Shown: piece after piece, positions 1 to 10,247 of the stretch
How the letters are laid out: every line of letters starts with the position of its first letter
Position numbering within the stretch: position 1 is the stretch's first letter
DNA from: Flavobacteriales bacterium
GTDB taxonomy: Bacteria > Bacteroidota > Bacteroidia > Flavobacteriales_F > PHOS-HE28
NCBI GenBank assembly: GCA_046329105.1
Contig: JAXLVH010000007.1
Coordinates: 128,515-192,514, forward strand
Direction of reading: 5' to 3'
DNA: 64,000 nt
Notes under the pieces: generated by a model
Database searches by the model: none
The model's input: the letters and a program-made list of their open reading frames with translations, nothing else
Told to the model about the DNA's origin: nothing
Made by a program: the position numbers and the translations under genes

Positions 1-1
1 G

Positions 2-1219
2 TGGCCCGGATCGGCCGAAGCACTGGCGCAAGCTGGCGTACTGCCCATTCCGACCAGCAGGACCGAGGCGTGGAAGTACACCCGCGTGGGAAGACTGTTC
101 GATCAGCCGTTTGCGAAGGCGAATGGCCATGCGACGGTGGTGCTTCCGGACCGGCTTCCATTCGCGGCCACGCGCGTGGTCTTCGTGAACGGCCACTTCC
201 GGGCCGACCTCAGCGATGAACTGAAGGTCCAGCGTGGCCTGGTGATCGACAGCTTGATGCGCCACCTCTCGCATGGTCCTGTGCAGGAGAACTACGGCAA
301 GCTGGCCCCCACTGACGATCGCCTCTTCACGGCCATGAACACCGCCGCACCCACGGATGGCATGATCCTGCTGGTGACCCGGGGTGTGAAAGTGGAGAGG
401 CCCATCCACCTCATCCACCTCACCACTGCGGAGCGCCAGCTGGTGCAACCCCGTGACCTGTTCATGCTCCATGATGGTGCGGATGCCGAGGTGATCATCG
501 AACACATCGCGGTGGATGCGCCGGGAGCACTCATCAACAGCGTACGCGAGTGCGTGGTGGGCAAGGGCGCACGACTGACGACACATAAGCTTCAGCGCGA
601 GGGACACCGCACGACAGCGGGAGGTCCTGTGAGCATCAACTTTGACGGGGTGCGCGTGGGCAGCAGGGGGCACTTCAGTTCGAGCACCACGACGCTTGAT
701 GGCGCGTTGGTCCGGAACGATGTGAACGTGGTGCTGGCCGGGCCCGGAGCGCACGCCGAACTGAACGGTGTATACCTGTTGAACGGTACCGCGCATTGCG
801 ACAATCACACGTACATCGGACATGATGTACCGGATTGCACCAGCGACGAGCTCTACAAGGGCATCGTGACGGAGAAGGCCACCGGCGTGTTCAACGGCAA
901 GGTGTACGTGGCGCCCGATGCCCAACGCACCCGGGCGTACCAGAACAACGCCAACATCCTGTTGGGCGACAACGCCAAGGTGTACACCAAGCCCGAGTTG
1001 GAGATCTACGCGGACGATGTGAAGTGCAGCCACGGTTGCACCATCGGCCGCCTGGATGAGAAGGGCCTGTTCTACCTGCGTTCGCGCGGGGTGAGCGAGG
1101 TGGAAGCGCGCCGCATGCTCGCGCACGCGTTCATGACCGATGTGATCGAGCGCATCGCGAACCAGGACTGGCGAGCGCACCTTGCGAACATCATCGATGC
1201 GAAATTGGAAACGCTGTGA
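2..1219 (+). CDS. sufD: Fe-S cluster assembly protein SufD (5' end outside window)
   Basis: The frame stays open back to position 2 and reads ...LPIPTSRTEAWKYT..., the conserved SufD N-terminal motif. The ORF-track start at 86 is an internal Met. The stop overlaps the sufS start (GTGA). Confidence 0.9.
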   Translation, partial: WPGSAEALAQAGVLPIPTSRTEAWKYTRVGRLFDQPFAKANGHATVVLPDRLPFAATRVVFVNGHFRADLSDELKVQRGLVIDSLMRHLSHGPVQENYGKLAPTDDRLFTAMNTAAPTDGMILLVTRGVKVERPIHLIHLTTAERQLVQPRDLFMLHDGADAEVIIEHIAVDAPGALINSVRECVVGKGARLTTHKLQREGHRTTAGGPVSINFDGVRVGSRGHFSSSTTTLDGALVRNDVNVVLAGPGAHAELNGVYLLNGTAHCDNHTYIGHDVPDCTSDELYKGIVTEKATGVFNGKVYVAPDAQRTRAYQNNANILLGDNAKVYTKPELEIYADDVKCSHGCTIGRLDEKGLFYLRSRGVSEVEARRMLAHAFMTDVIERIANQDWRAHLANIIDAKLETL

Positions 1220-2487
1220 GCACCAAGGCCAGCACGGTTGAGAAGAAGGGCTACGACGTTGAGGGGATCCGTGCGCAGTTCCCGATCCTGAGGGAGTTGG
1301 TCCACGGCAAGCCGCTGGTGTACTTCGACAATGCGGCCACCAGCCAGAAGCCGCGCCGCGTGATCAAGGCGGAGAGCGCGTACTACGCCACGATCAACGC
1401 GAACGTGCATCGCGGTGTGCATACCTTGAGCACCAAGGCCACCGAAGCGCAGGAGGCAGCACGGGAGACCATCCGCAAGCACATCCACGCGGAGCACGTG
1501 CACGAGATCATCTTCACGAGTGGCACAACGGCGAGCATCAACCTGGCCGCGGCAAGCCTTGGTCAACTGCTCCTGAAGAAGGGCGACGAGGTGGTGATCA
1601 GCGGGATGGAGCATCACAGCAACATCGTGCCCTGGCAACTGGCATGCGAACGGCACGGAGCGATGCTGAAGGTGATCCCGATCACGGATAACGGGGAGTG
1701 GGATCTTGGCGCGATTCCGGCCCAAGGCCCGAATGACAACGCTCTTCTTTCAGAGAGGACACGCATCCTCGCGATCTCGCACGTCAGCAACACAATGGGC
1801 ACGATCAACCCGGTGAAGAAGCTCATCGCACAGGCGAAGAAGCAGGGGATCACAACCGTGGTGGATGGCGCGCAGGCGATGCCGCACCTTAACATCGATG
1901 TGCAGGACCTCGGTTGCGACCTCTATGCTTTCAGCGGGCACAAGGCCTACGGACCTACCGGGACCGGCGTGTTGTACGGCCGCGAAGAACTGATGGGGTG
2001 CATGCCGCCTTGGCAAGGTGGCGGCGAGATGATCGATACCGTTACGCTGGAGAAGAGCACGTGGGCGAAGTTGCCGTTCAAGTTCGAGGCCGGCACGCCA
2101 CACATCGCCGGCATCATCGGTCTCGGCGAGGCCGTCCGCTGGATGGAGGACTACGACAAGTCAGCGATGGCCGTGCATGAACACCAACTGATCGAGCACG
2201 CGACAAAGGAGCTGCTCGCGATCGAAGGCCTGCGCATCATCGGAACGGCGAAGGAGAAAGCGGGCGTGATCAGCTTCGTCATCGAGGGTGTGCATCATTA
2301 CGACCTCGGCACCCTGCTTGACCAACAAGGTATCGCCGTACGCACGGGCCACCATTGCACGCAGCCGCTGATGGACCGCTTCGGCGTGAGCGGAACGACC
2401 CGGGCCAGCTTCGCGTGCTTCAATACGCTCGCGGAGGTGGATGCCCTGGTAGCCGGGGTGAAGAAAGCGGTGAAGATGTTGCGATGA
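1216..2487 (+). CDS. sufS: cysteine desulfurase SufS (class V aminotransferase)
   Basis: 423 aa with the typical SufS N-terminus (FPIL..LVYFDNAATSQKP) and PLP-fold motifs. The GTG start overlaps the sufD stop. Confidence 0.95.
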   Translation: MSTKASTVEKKGYDVEGIRAQFPILRELVHGKPLVYFDNAATSQKPRRVIKAESAYYATINANVHRGVHTLSTKATEAQEAARETIRKHIHAEHVHEIIFTSGTTASINLAAASLGQLLLKKGDEVVISGMEHHSNIVPWQLACERHGAMLKVIPITDNGEWDLGAIPAQGPNDNALLSERTRILAISHVSNTMGTINPVKKLIAQAKKQGITTVVDGAQAMPHLNIDVQDLGCDLYAFSGHKAYGPTGTGVLYGREELMGCMPPWQGGGEMIDTVTLEKSTWAKLPFKFEAGTPHIAGIIGLGEAVRWMEDYDKSAMAVHEHQLIEHATKELLAIEGLRIIGTAKEKAGVISFVIEGVHHYDLGTLLDQQGIAVRTGHHCTQPLMDRFGVSGTTRASFACFNTLAEVDALVAGVKKAVKMLR

Positions 2488-2536
2488 GATAGGTGAAAGT
2501 GGAAATAGTGGTGAAAAAGTGAAATACAAGTAACCC

Positions 2537-3007
2537 GTGATCATGGAGAACATGACAAACGATCCAGTGAAGCGCGACTGGAACATGAACGGGCTCTATG
2601 ATCTTGGGGAAACGATCTCCGTGGTGGCAGAACAAGCTGGCCGCAAGGTGAACAACTTCAAGGATCTTTGGGTGTGGAAGACCGGCATGGAACTGCTGAA
2701 GCCGGTCTATCAGGTCACACGTAAGCTCCCCAAGGAGGAACTCTATGGATTGACGTCTCAGTTACGTCGGGCTGCTGTATCCGTGCCGAGCAACATTGCC
2801 GAAGGGTGGGGTCGGAACAAGAAGGGATATCTACTGCTTGGCCTGAGCTACTCGCGGGGCTCTCTTCATGAGATCGAGACGCAACTCCTCGCCTGCGTTG
2901 AGCTGGAATTCCTGAAGCATGAGGACATTCAACCCCTGCTGGACAAGATCGCCGGAATAAGCACCGGACTTCTCCGATTCATGAATAACCTGGAGTCGAA
3001 GCGCTGA
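2537..3007 (+). CDS. four-helix bundle protein (TIGR02436, 23S rRNA intervening-sequence protein family)
   Basis: Family-typical motifs FKDLxVW and LTSQLRRAAVSVPSNIAEGWGR. GC is about 52% against ~66% in the flanks. The N-terminal extension is uncertain and the true start may be internal. Confidence 0.8.
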   Translation: MIMENMTNDPVKRDWNMNGLYDLGETISVVAEQAGRKVNNFKDLWVWKTGMELLKPVYQVTRKLPKEELYGLTSQLRRAAVSVPSNIAEGWGRNKKGYLLLGLSYSRGSLHEIETQLLACVELEFLKHEDIQPLLDKIAGISTGLLRFMNNLESKR

Positions 3008-3049
3008 GGCCACTTTATCACCACCCTCACCATTCTCACCACCCTCACC

Positions 3050-3469
3050 GTGTCCCTCGCCCAAACCCAACAAGACCTCGTTGAGGAGTTCGCCCTGTTC
3101 ACGGATTGGCAGGACCGCTACGAACACCTGATCGAATTGGGGAAGGACCTTCCGTTGATCGCACCAGAGAACAAGGTGGATGCGAACCTGGTACGCGGTT
3201 GCCAATCGCGCGTGTGGCTCCATGCGGAACTGAAGAACGGCGTCGTGCATCTCACCGCCGACAGCGATGCCATGATCACCAAAGGCATTGTGGCCCTGCT
3301 CGTTCGCGTGTACAACGACCGTACGCCGCAAGAGATCCTCGGGGCCTCCACGGACTTCATCGACCGGATCGGCCTGCGCGAACACCTGAGTCCCAACCGG
3401 GCGAACGGCCTGAGCGCGATGATCGACCAGATGAAGCGCTACGCACTTGCTTACTCCTCCAACTCATGA
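3050..3469 (+). CDS. sufE: cysteine desulfuration protein SufE
   Basis: 139 aa SufE-fold protein with DWQDRYEHLIELGK and the conserved Cys region (VRGCQSRVWL). Confidence 0.9.
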   Translation: MSLAQTQQDLVEEFALFTDWQDRYEHLIELGKDLPLIAPENKVDANLVRGCQSRVWLHAELKNGVVHLTADSDAMITKGIVALLVRVYNDRTPQEILGASTDFIDRIGLREHLSPNRANGLSAMIDQMKRYALAYSSNS

Positions 3470-3786
3470 CACCCGAGGACAAGCACCAGTTGGAGGAGAG
3501 CATCATCAATGCGCTCAAGTCGGTGTATGATCCGGAGATCCCCGTGGACATCTACGAGCTGGGGCTGATCTACGATGTTGTGGTCCACGACGATGCCAGT
3601 GTGTACATCAAGATGACCCTGACCAGCCCTGCGTGCCCCGTGGCCGGTTCACTGCCCGGTGAGGTGGAACAGAAGGCGGCCGGTGTACAAGGGGTGAAGA
3701 GCGCCAAGGTGGAACTCACCTTCGAGCCGCCTTGGGACCGTACCATGATCAGTGAAGCGGCGCAGTTGGAGCTGGGGTTCATGTGA
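3466..3786 (+). CDS. sufT: SUF-associated DUF59 Fe-S assembly protein (SufT-like)
   Basis: ATG at 3466 overlaps the sufE stop (ATGA). The 106-aa product MTPEDKHQLEESII...TSPACP.. is a typical DUF59/MIP18 protein. The ORF-track entry 3106..3786 is the same frame with a spurious 5' extension. Confidence 0.8.
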   Translation: MTPEDKHQLEESIINALKSVYDPEIPVDIYELGLIYDVVVHDDASVYIKMTLTSPACPVAGSLPGEVEQKAAGVQGVKSAKVELTFEPPWDRTMISEAAQLELGFM

Positions 3787-3856
3787 TACCCTCCCCCGGA
3801 TAGGGGAGGCAGGACCGGGGTGTGGCTACCTACATTTGATGGAAAGTTCCCTGCCT

Positions 3857-4894
3857 ATGCTGACACGCTACATTTCCAGCACCTTCGCGCTCCTGACCGT
3901 GTTGTCGACCTCGGCACAGCTGAGCATCCTCACCCAGTTCGATCCGTCCAACACCGCGGGCACCTGCGGCATCGCGTACAACGCACCGGACGGCGAGATC
4001 ATGGTGATCGGTTGTTCGGCCAGCGTGATAGACCGGTATACCGAGGCCGGGACCTTCCTTTCCTCGGCGAATGTCGTTGGTGAAGGTGCCAATGACGTGG
4101 ACATCGATATGGCGCCGGCGGACCTGGTGATGAACGGCACCTTCGTCGCGCAAGGCCAGTTGTTGTTGGTGAACGGAGAAGTCGGCGTTGCAGAGGTGTA
4201 CGCGATCGACGAGGTGACCAACGAGGTGATCGATACGCTTGTGAGCGGCTTCGGTGTGAGCCACGTGGTGGGCGGCTCGTACCATTCGCAACGGGGCACG
4301 TTCTTCCTGGTGCAGGACATCCAGCCTGGCGGGTTCGACCGCAACCGGATCGCGGAGATCGATGCCACCACGGGCGATACCCTCCGCACGTTCTCCTTGG
4401 ATCCCTATTTCAATGTGAACTATGGCGACCTGGATATTTCCCAGGTCTCAGGCAACCTTTTTCTCGTGAGCAGCGAAGAGAGCGGGATCGCGGAGTTCAC
4501 CCCCGATGGCATGTTCATTGCCGAACATCCGCTGCCTTCCGGAGTGTCCGGCCTGAGCGGTATCGCGCTGGACAATGACCTTGAGGGGGCGTGGGTGTGC
4601 AATACCAGCGGCGTAGTATACAAACTGGGGAATTTTCCCATGGGGACGTTCGGGAACATCGGGACCCCGGACCTTCACGTTCACCCGAATCCAACAAGCG
4701 ATGTGCTATTGGTGACATGTGATCGCGCGAGCACCAACGACGTTATCGCGATCGTCGATGCGGCAGGAAGGACCCTGTTGCGGGAACGCATCACGAACGC
4801 GCTCATGCGGTTGGATGTCTCCCCGCTCCCGGCCGGGCCGTACATCATGCGACTCGAAGCGAGCGGAAAGAGCCGTCGCTTCATGAAGGACTGA
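3857..4894 (+). CDS. T9SS C-terminal-sorting-domain secreted protein, function unknown
   Basis: Signal peptide (MLTRYISSTFALLTVLSTSAQ) and a C-terminal Por-secretion sorting domain (HVHPNPTSDVLLV...YIMRLEASGKSRRF). Start chosen at the internal ATG that begins the signal peptide. Confidence 0.7.
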   Translation: MLTRYISSTFALLTVLSTSAQLSILTQFDPSNTAGTCGIAYNAPDGEIMVIGCSASVIDRYTEAGTFLSSANVVGEGANDVDIDMAPADLVMNGTFVAQGQLLLVNGEVGVAEVYAIDEVTNEVIDTLVSGFGVSHVVGGSYHSQRGTFFLVQDIQPGGFDRNRIAEIDATTGDTLRTFSLDPYFNVNYGDLDISQVSGNLFLVSSEESGIAEFTPDGMFIAEHPLPSGVSGLSGIALDNDLEGAWVCNTSGVVYKLGNFPMGTFGNIGTPDLHVHPNPTSDVLLVTCDRASTNDVIAIVDAAGRTLLRERITNALMRLDVSPLPAGPYIMRLEASGKSRRFMKD

Positions 4895-4899
4895 ACGGA

Positions 4900-5961
4900 T
4901 CACTCCCCGCCCTTCTCCTTCTTCTGCGGCTGAAGCGGGTTGGCGCTCATTCGCTTCCACCGCTCACGGTTCCGGATGATGTCCAGCCCGAGCCACACGG
5001 CGTGTCGAAGGCTGCCGGGGTCCGCCTCGTTCCTGCCGGCGATGCCCAGTCCGGTACCGTGATCCGGTGATGTACGCACGATGGGCAGTCCGGCCGTATA
5101 GTTCACGCCATGTCCGAAGCTGAGGGCCTTGAACGGTGCGAGCCCCTGGTCGTGGTACATGGCGAGCACGCCATCGAAGTGCTTGTAACTGCCGTTGCCG
5201 AAGAAACCATCGGCGGGGTATGGACCCATGGCGTTGATGCCTTCCTCCTGCAGCTTGCGCACGGCGGGCGCGATCCGTTCCTTGTCCTCACTGCCGATAG
5301 CGCCACCATCACCCGCGTGGGGGTTCAGGCCGAGCACGGCGATGCGAGGCTGATTGATACCGAAATCCGACTGCAACGACCTGTTGAACAACCGGGCTTT
5401 GCCGATGATGCGTTCGGTGGTCACGGCCTCGGCCACCTGATTGATCGGCAGGTGACCGGTGACCAGTGCCACACGCAGCCCATCGCCCACCAGGATCATG
5501 AGCACGGGCGAATCGCTACCCGCAAGATGGGAAAGGAACTCGGTGTGACCCGGGAACTGGAAGCCGGCCAGCTGCATGCTGTGCTTGTCGATCGGAGCGG
5601 TCACCAGCATGTCGATCTTGCCCTGGCCGAGGTCCTGCGCAGCGGCTTCAAGGCTTTGGATGGCGTACTTGCTCTGCTGCCCGCTGGGCTTGCCCAGCTC
5701 GATGGGCACATCCTCGTCCCACAGATCCACCACGTTGAATTTGCGTGGTATGATATCGTTCACGCTTTTGACCCCGTGGATCTGCATGTCATCCAGCTTC
5801 AATGCCTTGCGATGGTGGCTCACGGCTTTCACCCCGCAGTACAGCACGGGCGTGATGTCCTGGTGCATCCGGTTGTCCTCAAAGGCCTTCAGCACCACTT
5901 CGAGGCCGACACCGTTGAGGTCGCCGCAACTGATGCCCACTCTCATCGTTTTCTCGCTCAT
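4900..5961 (-). CDS. pdxA: 4-hydroxythreonine-4-phosphate dehydrogenase PdxA
   Basis: 353 aa PdxA-fold protein with the HGTGLGIAG region, recognisable along its full length. Confidence 0.9.
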   Translation of the reverse strand: MSEKTMRVGISCGDLNGVGLEVVLKAFEDNRMHQDITPVLYCGVKAVSHHRKALKLDDMQIHGVKSVNDIIPRKFNVVDLWDEDVPIELGKPSGQQSKYAIQSLEAAAQDLGQGKIDMLVTAPIDKHSMQLAGFQFPGHTEFLSHLAGSDSPVLMILVGDGLRVALVTGHLPINQVAEAVTTERIIGKARLFNRSLQSDFGINQPRIAVLGLNPHAGDGGAIGSEDKERIAPAVRKLQEEGINAMGPYPADGFFGNGSYKHFDGVLAMYHDQGLAPFKALSFGHGVNYTAGLPIVRTSPDHGTGLGIAGRNEADPGSLRHAVWLGLDIIRNRERWKRMSANPLQPQKKEKGGE

Positions 5962-6009
5962 TCTTTCCTGGTGCGGGGCGCCGAGCCCCGGTGTGTTGCC
6001 CGCCCCCCT

Positions 6010-7443
6010 CTACCGCCCGGTGGCGCGGCGTTTGATGAATTCGTAGAACAGCCGTACCCCGACACCGGTGCCACCTTTGGTGCGATATTGATCCCGCTTG
6101 TTGATGAAGGCAGGTCCTGCGATGTCCAGGTGGATGAAAGGCCTGGTCGTGAAGCGCGCGAGGAACTTGCCGGCGGTGATGGCCCCGCCCAGGTCGCTGC
6201 CCATGTTCTTGATATCGGCCACATCGCTCTTGATCTCCTCATCATACTCATCCCAGAACGGCATGCGGGCCAGGCGCTCGTACACCTGCTCACCGGCGTC
6301 GTTGAGCCGCTCGAACTGCTTGTCATCGGCCGTACCCATGGTCACGGTGCCGTAGGTGCCGATCGCACGCATGGCGGCCCCGGTGAGCGTGGCGATGGTG
6401 AAGACGAGTTCGGCATCGAACTGCTCGCCATAGCTGAGCGCGTCCGCAAGGATGATCCGTCCTTCGGCATCGCTGTTCAGGTTCTCCACGGTGAGCCCGC
6501 TGTGCATGCGGATCACGTCACCAGGGGCGTAGGCGTTCCCACCGGGCCGGTTGTCGGTGGCGGGGATCAGGCCGATGACGTGGACAGGAAGTTCCTGCTT
6601 GGCCACGGCCGAGATCGCACAAGCCACCGCTGCGGCCCCGGCCATGTCACACTTCATGGAGTCCATGCTGTTGGGCGTTGGCTTCAGGCTCAGGCCGCCG
6701 GTATCATATACCACGCCCTTGCCCACGAGCAGGATGGGCTTCCTGTTCACCGCGTTCTTGGGCTTCCATTCCAGCACATTGAAGGTGGGAGGATCGATAC
6801 TGCCCTTGTTCACGGCCAGAAGACCGCCCATACCCAGCGCCTCGATACGGCTCTTGTCGAAGGTCTGTAGTTTGAAGCCCGCGTTCCTTGACAAGGTCCA
6901 TAGTTCCTTGCCGAGCTGCACGGCGGTGAGGAAGCTGTTGGGTTCATTCACCAGGTCGCGTGCGGTGAGCACGGCTTCGCACACGTCCACCAATTCGCCC
7001 AGCGCCTTGCTGCTCAGTTCCGGAGCCAGGATGGACAGTTTTTTCAACGAACCGTTCTTGCCGGAGGTCTTGTACTTGCGGAACTCGTACGCCCCGAGCA
7101 CGGCCCCTTCCGCAAGGGCGAGTGTGATCGCGGTATCATTCTGCAGGCTGATCAACTGGGCCTCATCGCGCTTCGCCAGGATCAGTTTCTGGACCATCTC
7201 GTTGCCCGCACAACGGGCCCTTTCGAGTTGGGCGGTCTGCCGACCCTCCCGGATGCGATGCACGAGCACCAACCTTCCGCTGATGTCACACGTGGCCACG
7301 TTGGCATCGCCATTGAGTTGCTCCACCAGGTACTGGCGGTCGTTCCGCTCCAGTTCGAGCCCGCGCAGTTGGGTCGGATCCTTCAGCACGACCAGTGTGT
7401 CCTTGGTCGCACTCGGGGTTTTCGCTTTTATCAGGTTGATCAT
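6010..7443 (-). CDS. pepA: leucyl aminopeptidase (M17 family)
   Basis: M17 signature NTDAEGRIILADALSY. Start placed at MINLIK; the ORF track extends 26 codons further upstream. Confidence 0.85.
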   Translation of the reverse strand: MINLIKAKTPSATKDTLVVLKDPTQLRGLELERNDRQYLVEQLNGDANVATCDISGRLVLVHRIREGRQTAQLERARCAGNEMVQKLILAKRDEAQLISLQNDTAITLALAEGAVLGAYEFRKYKTSGKNGSLKKLSILAPELSSKALGELVDVCEAVLTARDLVNEPNSFLTAVQLGKELWTLSRNAGFKLQTFDKSRIEALGMGGLLAVNKGSIDPPTFNVLEWKPKNAVNRKPILLVGKGVVYDTGGLSLKPTPNSMDSMKCDMAGAAAVACAISAVAKQELPVHVIGLIPATDNRPGGNAYAPGDVIRMHSGLTVENLNSDAEGRIILADALSYGEQFDAELVFTIATLTGAAMRAIGTYGTVTMGTADDKQFERLNDAGEQVYERLARMPFWDEYDEEIKSDVADIKNMGSDLGGAITAGKFLARFTTRPFIHLDIAGPAFINKRDQYRTKGGTGVGVRLFYEFIKRRATGR

Positions 7444-7613
7444 GGGGGCGGGATCCGCTCTTGGGGCCAATGGAAGCAGTGCGGAAGCGGGGCAAGATAG
7501 AAACCGGGTCGCAGGCCTCATGCTCCCCGGGCCACCACCGGCCCCAAGCGTCCTACCGTTCCTCGTTCGGCGTCGGTGCGGCCCGGGAATGTGCGAACTT
7601 CGGCCCGCTGCTC

Positions 7614-10247
7614 ATGAGCATCCTCTTCCGCTCCCTCCTCACCTGCTTTGTGCTGGCGGCCACGCTGCCCTCCTTGGCCACGCACAACGAAGCGGGCGAG
7701 ATCCTGGTTTGCCACCTCGGGGGCCTGGAATACGAGGTCACCATCGTTACGCATACGAACCCGAACTCCCAGGCCGACCGGCCGGAATTCGTGATCGAGT
7801 GGGGCGACGGGGAGTTGGATACCGTGCCCCGCCTGTCCGATACGATCCTCACCTTCGGCTCGGTGCAGGTGAAGCGGAACCTCTATGTGGCCACACACAC
7901 CTACGCTGCGGCCGGGGTGTACACCCTGCAGTACATCGATCCGAACCGTGTGGCGGGCATCATGAACATTGAGGGATCGGTGGACATCCCGATGTGCGTG
8001 CAGTCGCAGATCATCGTAACGGCTGCCCTGAACGACTGCCTGCCGCGCTTCCTGAACGCACCGATCCAGTTGGCATGCATTTACCAGCCCTGGATCCACA
8101 ATCCGGCGGCCTACGATGAGGATGGTGATAGTCTTTCGTATGAGCCGGTGATCTGCCTCGGGCCGGATGGTGATGACCCGAACAGCCTTGGGGATCCCAT
8201 CAGCAACTACCTCTACCCTGACCAGTACATGCCGGGGCCGGGCAATCAGTACTCGATGGATCCGGTCACGGGCACCATCACGTGGGATTCACCCCCCATG
8301 CAAGGCTGGTACAATATCGCCTTCATCGTGCGCGAGTGGCGTGATGGGGCGATGATCGGCTGGGTGGAGCGCGATATGCTCATCATCGTGGTGTCCCCGT
8401 GCGCGAATGAACCACCGGAATTGGGTGAAATGATCGATACCTGTGTGGTCGCTGGAACACCGCTCACCTTCCCGGTCTCCGCCACCGATCCGGACTTCGG
8501 ACAGGTGATCACCCTTCAAGCATTCGGAGGACCCTTGGTGGTCGACCAGAGCCCTGCGGTCTTCACCACCAATCCGGGCACCAGCCCCGTTTCGGGCACG
8601 TTCGCATGGAATACGCAGTGCGCCCATGTCCGCCAGCAACCCTGGCAGGTCACGTTCAGCGTATACGACAACTACAACCCGTCGCTCTATGATTTCGGGG
8701 CCGCGTATGTGACCGTGGTAGCGCCGGCCCCACTGAACCCTTCGGCCACACCGGACGGCAGCATCATGCATCTGGCCTGGGACCCGGACGCGTGTTCCAA
8801 CGCCATTGGATACCGCATTTACAGGAGACAACAGTTGTACGGGTTCAGCCCCGACCACTGCGAGACCGGTGTGCCCGGCTACACCGGTTACACCCTCATC
8901 AGCACCACCACGGGCTGGGGAAGCACCACGTACGATGACCATGACCTGTCCTTCGGGGTAACCTACTGTTACATGGTGACCGCCATTTTCGCGGACCTCG
9001 CCGAGAGTTACGCCAGCGTGGAGTTCTGCAATATGCTCGAACGGGACGTGCCCATCCTGACACATGTGAGCGTGGGCGCCACGGATGTGATCGCCGGTAT
9101 CGATACCGTTCGTTGGAGCAACGCCTGGGACCTGGACACCGTGCAGCATCCGGGCCCGTACCACTTCAAGTTGTTCGTGGGCGATGGTTTCACATCGGCG
9201 AGCACCCTGCTGTACACGAGCGGCCCTTCACCCTTCCTCCAGCATCCGGACACCAGCTACCTGCATACGGGCATCAACACGGTGAACGGAGCACATGCCT
9301 ACCGCGTTGAATTGTACGGTGCGAACGACACTTTCATCGGCAGTGGCAACACCGCCTCCTCGGTCTTCCTGGTGCCGGAACCGAACGATGAAGCGGTGAC
9401 CCTCCACGCGCAGCACAGCACACCTTGGATCAACACGCTGTACGAATACTACCGGGAGACCTCCCCGGACGTGTTCACCCTCGTGGGCACCGGTACCACG
9501 GGCACGTACGTGGACACCGGCCTGGTGAACGGACAGGAATACTGCTGGTACGTGCGCACCACGGGAGCCTACAGCGACCCGTCCATCGTAGCACCGCTCC
9601 TCAACTTCAGCCAGATCGTGTGCGCCAGCCCGGTGGACCTGACACCGCCTTGCCCGCCCACGGTGAGCCTGGACAACGATTGCGAGACACCGCTGAACTC
9701 GCTCACTTGGAACAACCCGAACGAGAGTTGCGCCGACGACACGTACCAGTACCACATCTGGTTCACGCCCTCGTTCGATGAGCCGTTGCAGGTGATCGCC
9801 ACGCTGATCGGCGCGGAGAACACCTTTTACCAGCATACCGACGGACAGAGCGTGGCCGGCTGCTATGCCGTTTCAGCGATCGATACCGTAGGCAACGAAA
9901 GCCTGTTGAGCGATACGGTGTGCGGCGACAATTGCCCGACATACGAACTGCCCAACGTATTCTCGCCCAACAGCGACGGAACGAACGACCTCTTCGTCCC
10001 TTTCCCCTACCGTGGTGTGAAAGAGATCGACCTGCACATCTACAACCGTTGGGGCCAGCTCGTGTTCACCAGTACCGATCCGGACATCGAGTGGCCAGGC
10101 ACCTACAAGAACGCCGGTGAGCCGGTGCCCGATGGTGTGTATTACTACACCTGCGATGTGATGTTACGACGCCTGGCCGGTGACGAACCGCTCCGCTTGA
10201 AGGGCTACGTGCATGTGCTGCGCGGCAACCAGGCCCGTATCAACTGA
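7614..10247 (+). CDS. large secreted protein with gliding-motility-associated / T9SS type B C-terminal domain
   Basis: Signal peptide MSILFRSLLTCFVLAATLPSLA. The C-terminus YELPNVFSPNSDGTNDLFVPFPYRGVKEIDLHIYNRWGQLVF matches the CHU_C type B sorting domain. Confidence 0.8.
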   Translation: MSILFRSLLTCFVLAATLPSLATHNEAGEILVCHLGGLEYEVTIVTHTNPNSQADRPEFVIEWGDGELDTVPRLSDTILTFGSVQVKRNLYVATHTYAAAGVYTLQYIDPNRVAGIMNIEGSVDIPMCVQSQIIVTAALNDCLPRFLNAPIQLACIYQPWIHNPAAYDEDGDSLSYEPVICLGPDGDDPNSLGDPISNYLYPDQYMPGPGNQYSMDPVTGTITWDSPPMQGWYNIAFIVREWRDGAMIGWVERDMLIIVVSPCANEPPELGEMIDTCVVAGTPLTFPVSATDPDFGQVITLQAFGGPLVVDQSPAVFTTNPGTSPVSGTFAWNTQCAHVRQQPWQVTFSVYDNYNPSLYDFGAAYVTVVAPAPLNPSATPDGSIMHLAWDPDACSNAIGYRIYRRQQLYGFSPDHCETGVPGYTGYTLISTTTGWGSTTYDDHDLSFGVTYCYMVTAIFADLAESYASVEFCNMLERDVPILTHVSVGATDVIAGIDTVRWSNAWDLDTVQHPGPYHFKLFVGDGFTSASTLLYTSGPSPFLQHPDTSYLHTGINTVNGAHAYRVELYGANDTFIGSGNTASSVFLVPEPNDEAVTLHAQHSTPWINTLYEYYRETSPDVFTLVGTGTTGTYVDTGLVNGQEYCWYVRTTGAYSDPSIVAPLLNFSQIVCASPVDLTPPCPPTVSLDNDCETPLNSLTWNNPNESCADDTYQYHIWFTPSFDEPLQVIATLIGAENTFYQHTDGQSVAGCYAVSAIDTVGNESLLSDTVCGDNCPTYELPNVFSPNSDGTNDLFVPFPYRGVKEIDLHIYNRWGQLVFTSTDPDIEWPGTYKNAGEPVPDGVYYYTCDVMLRRLAGDEPLRLKGYVHVLRGNQARIN

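Noticed and set aside
1-219. 72-aa ORF at the window start in frame 1
   Set aside because: It overlaps the genuine sufD frame (frame 2), which reads through the conserved EAWKYT motif. It is a high-GC shadow ORF.
5110-6870. 586-aa plus-strand ORF
   Set aside because: It is antisense to pdxA and pepA, both of which have clear family signatures. Its translation is low-complexity (Ala/Gly/Arg/His-rich), which is typical of a GC-rich antisense frame.
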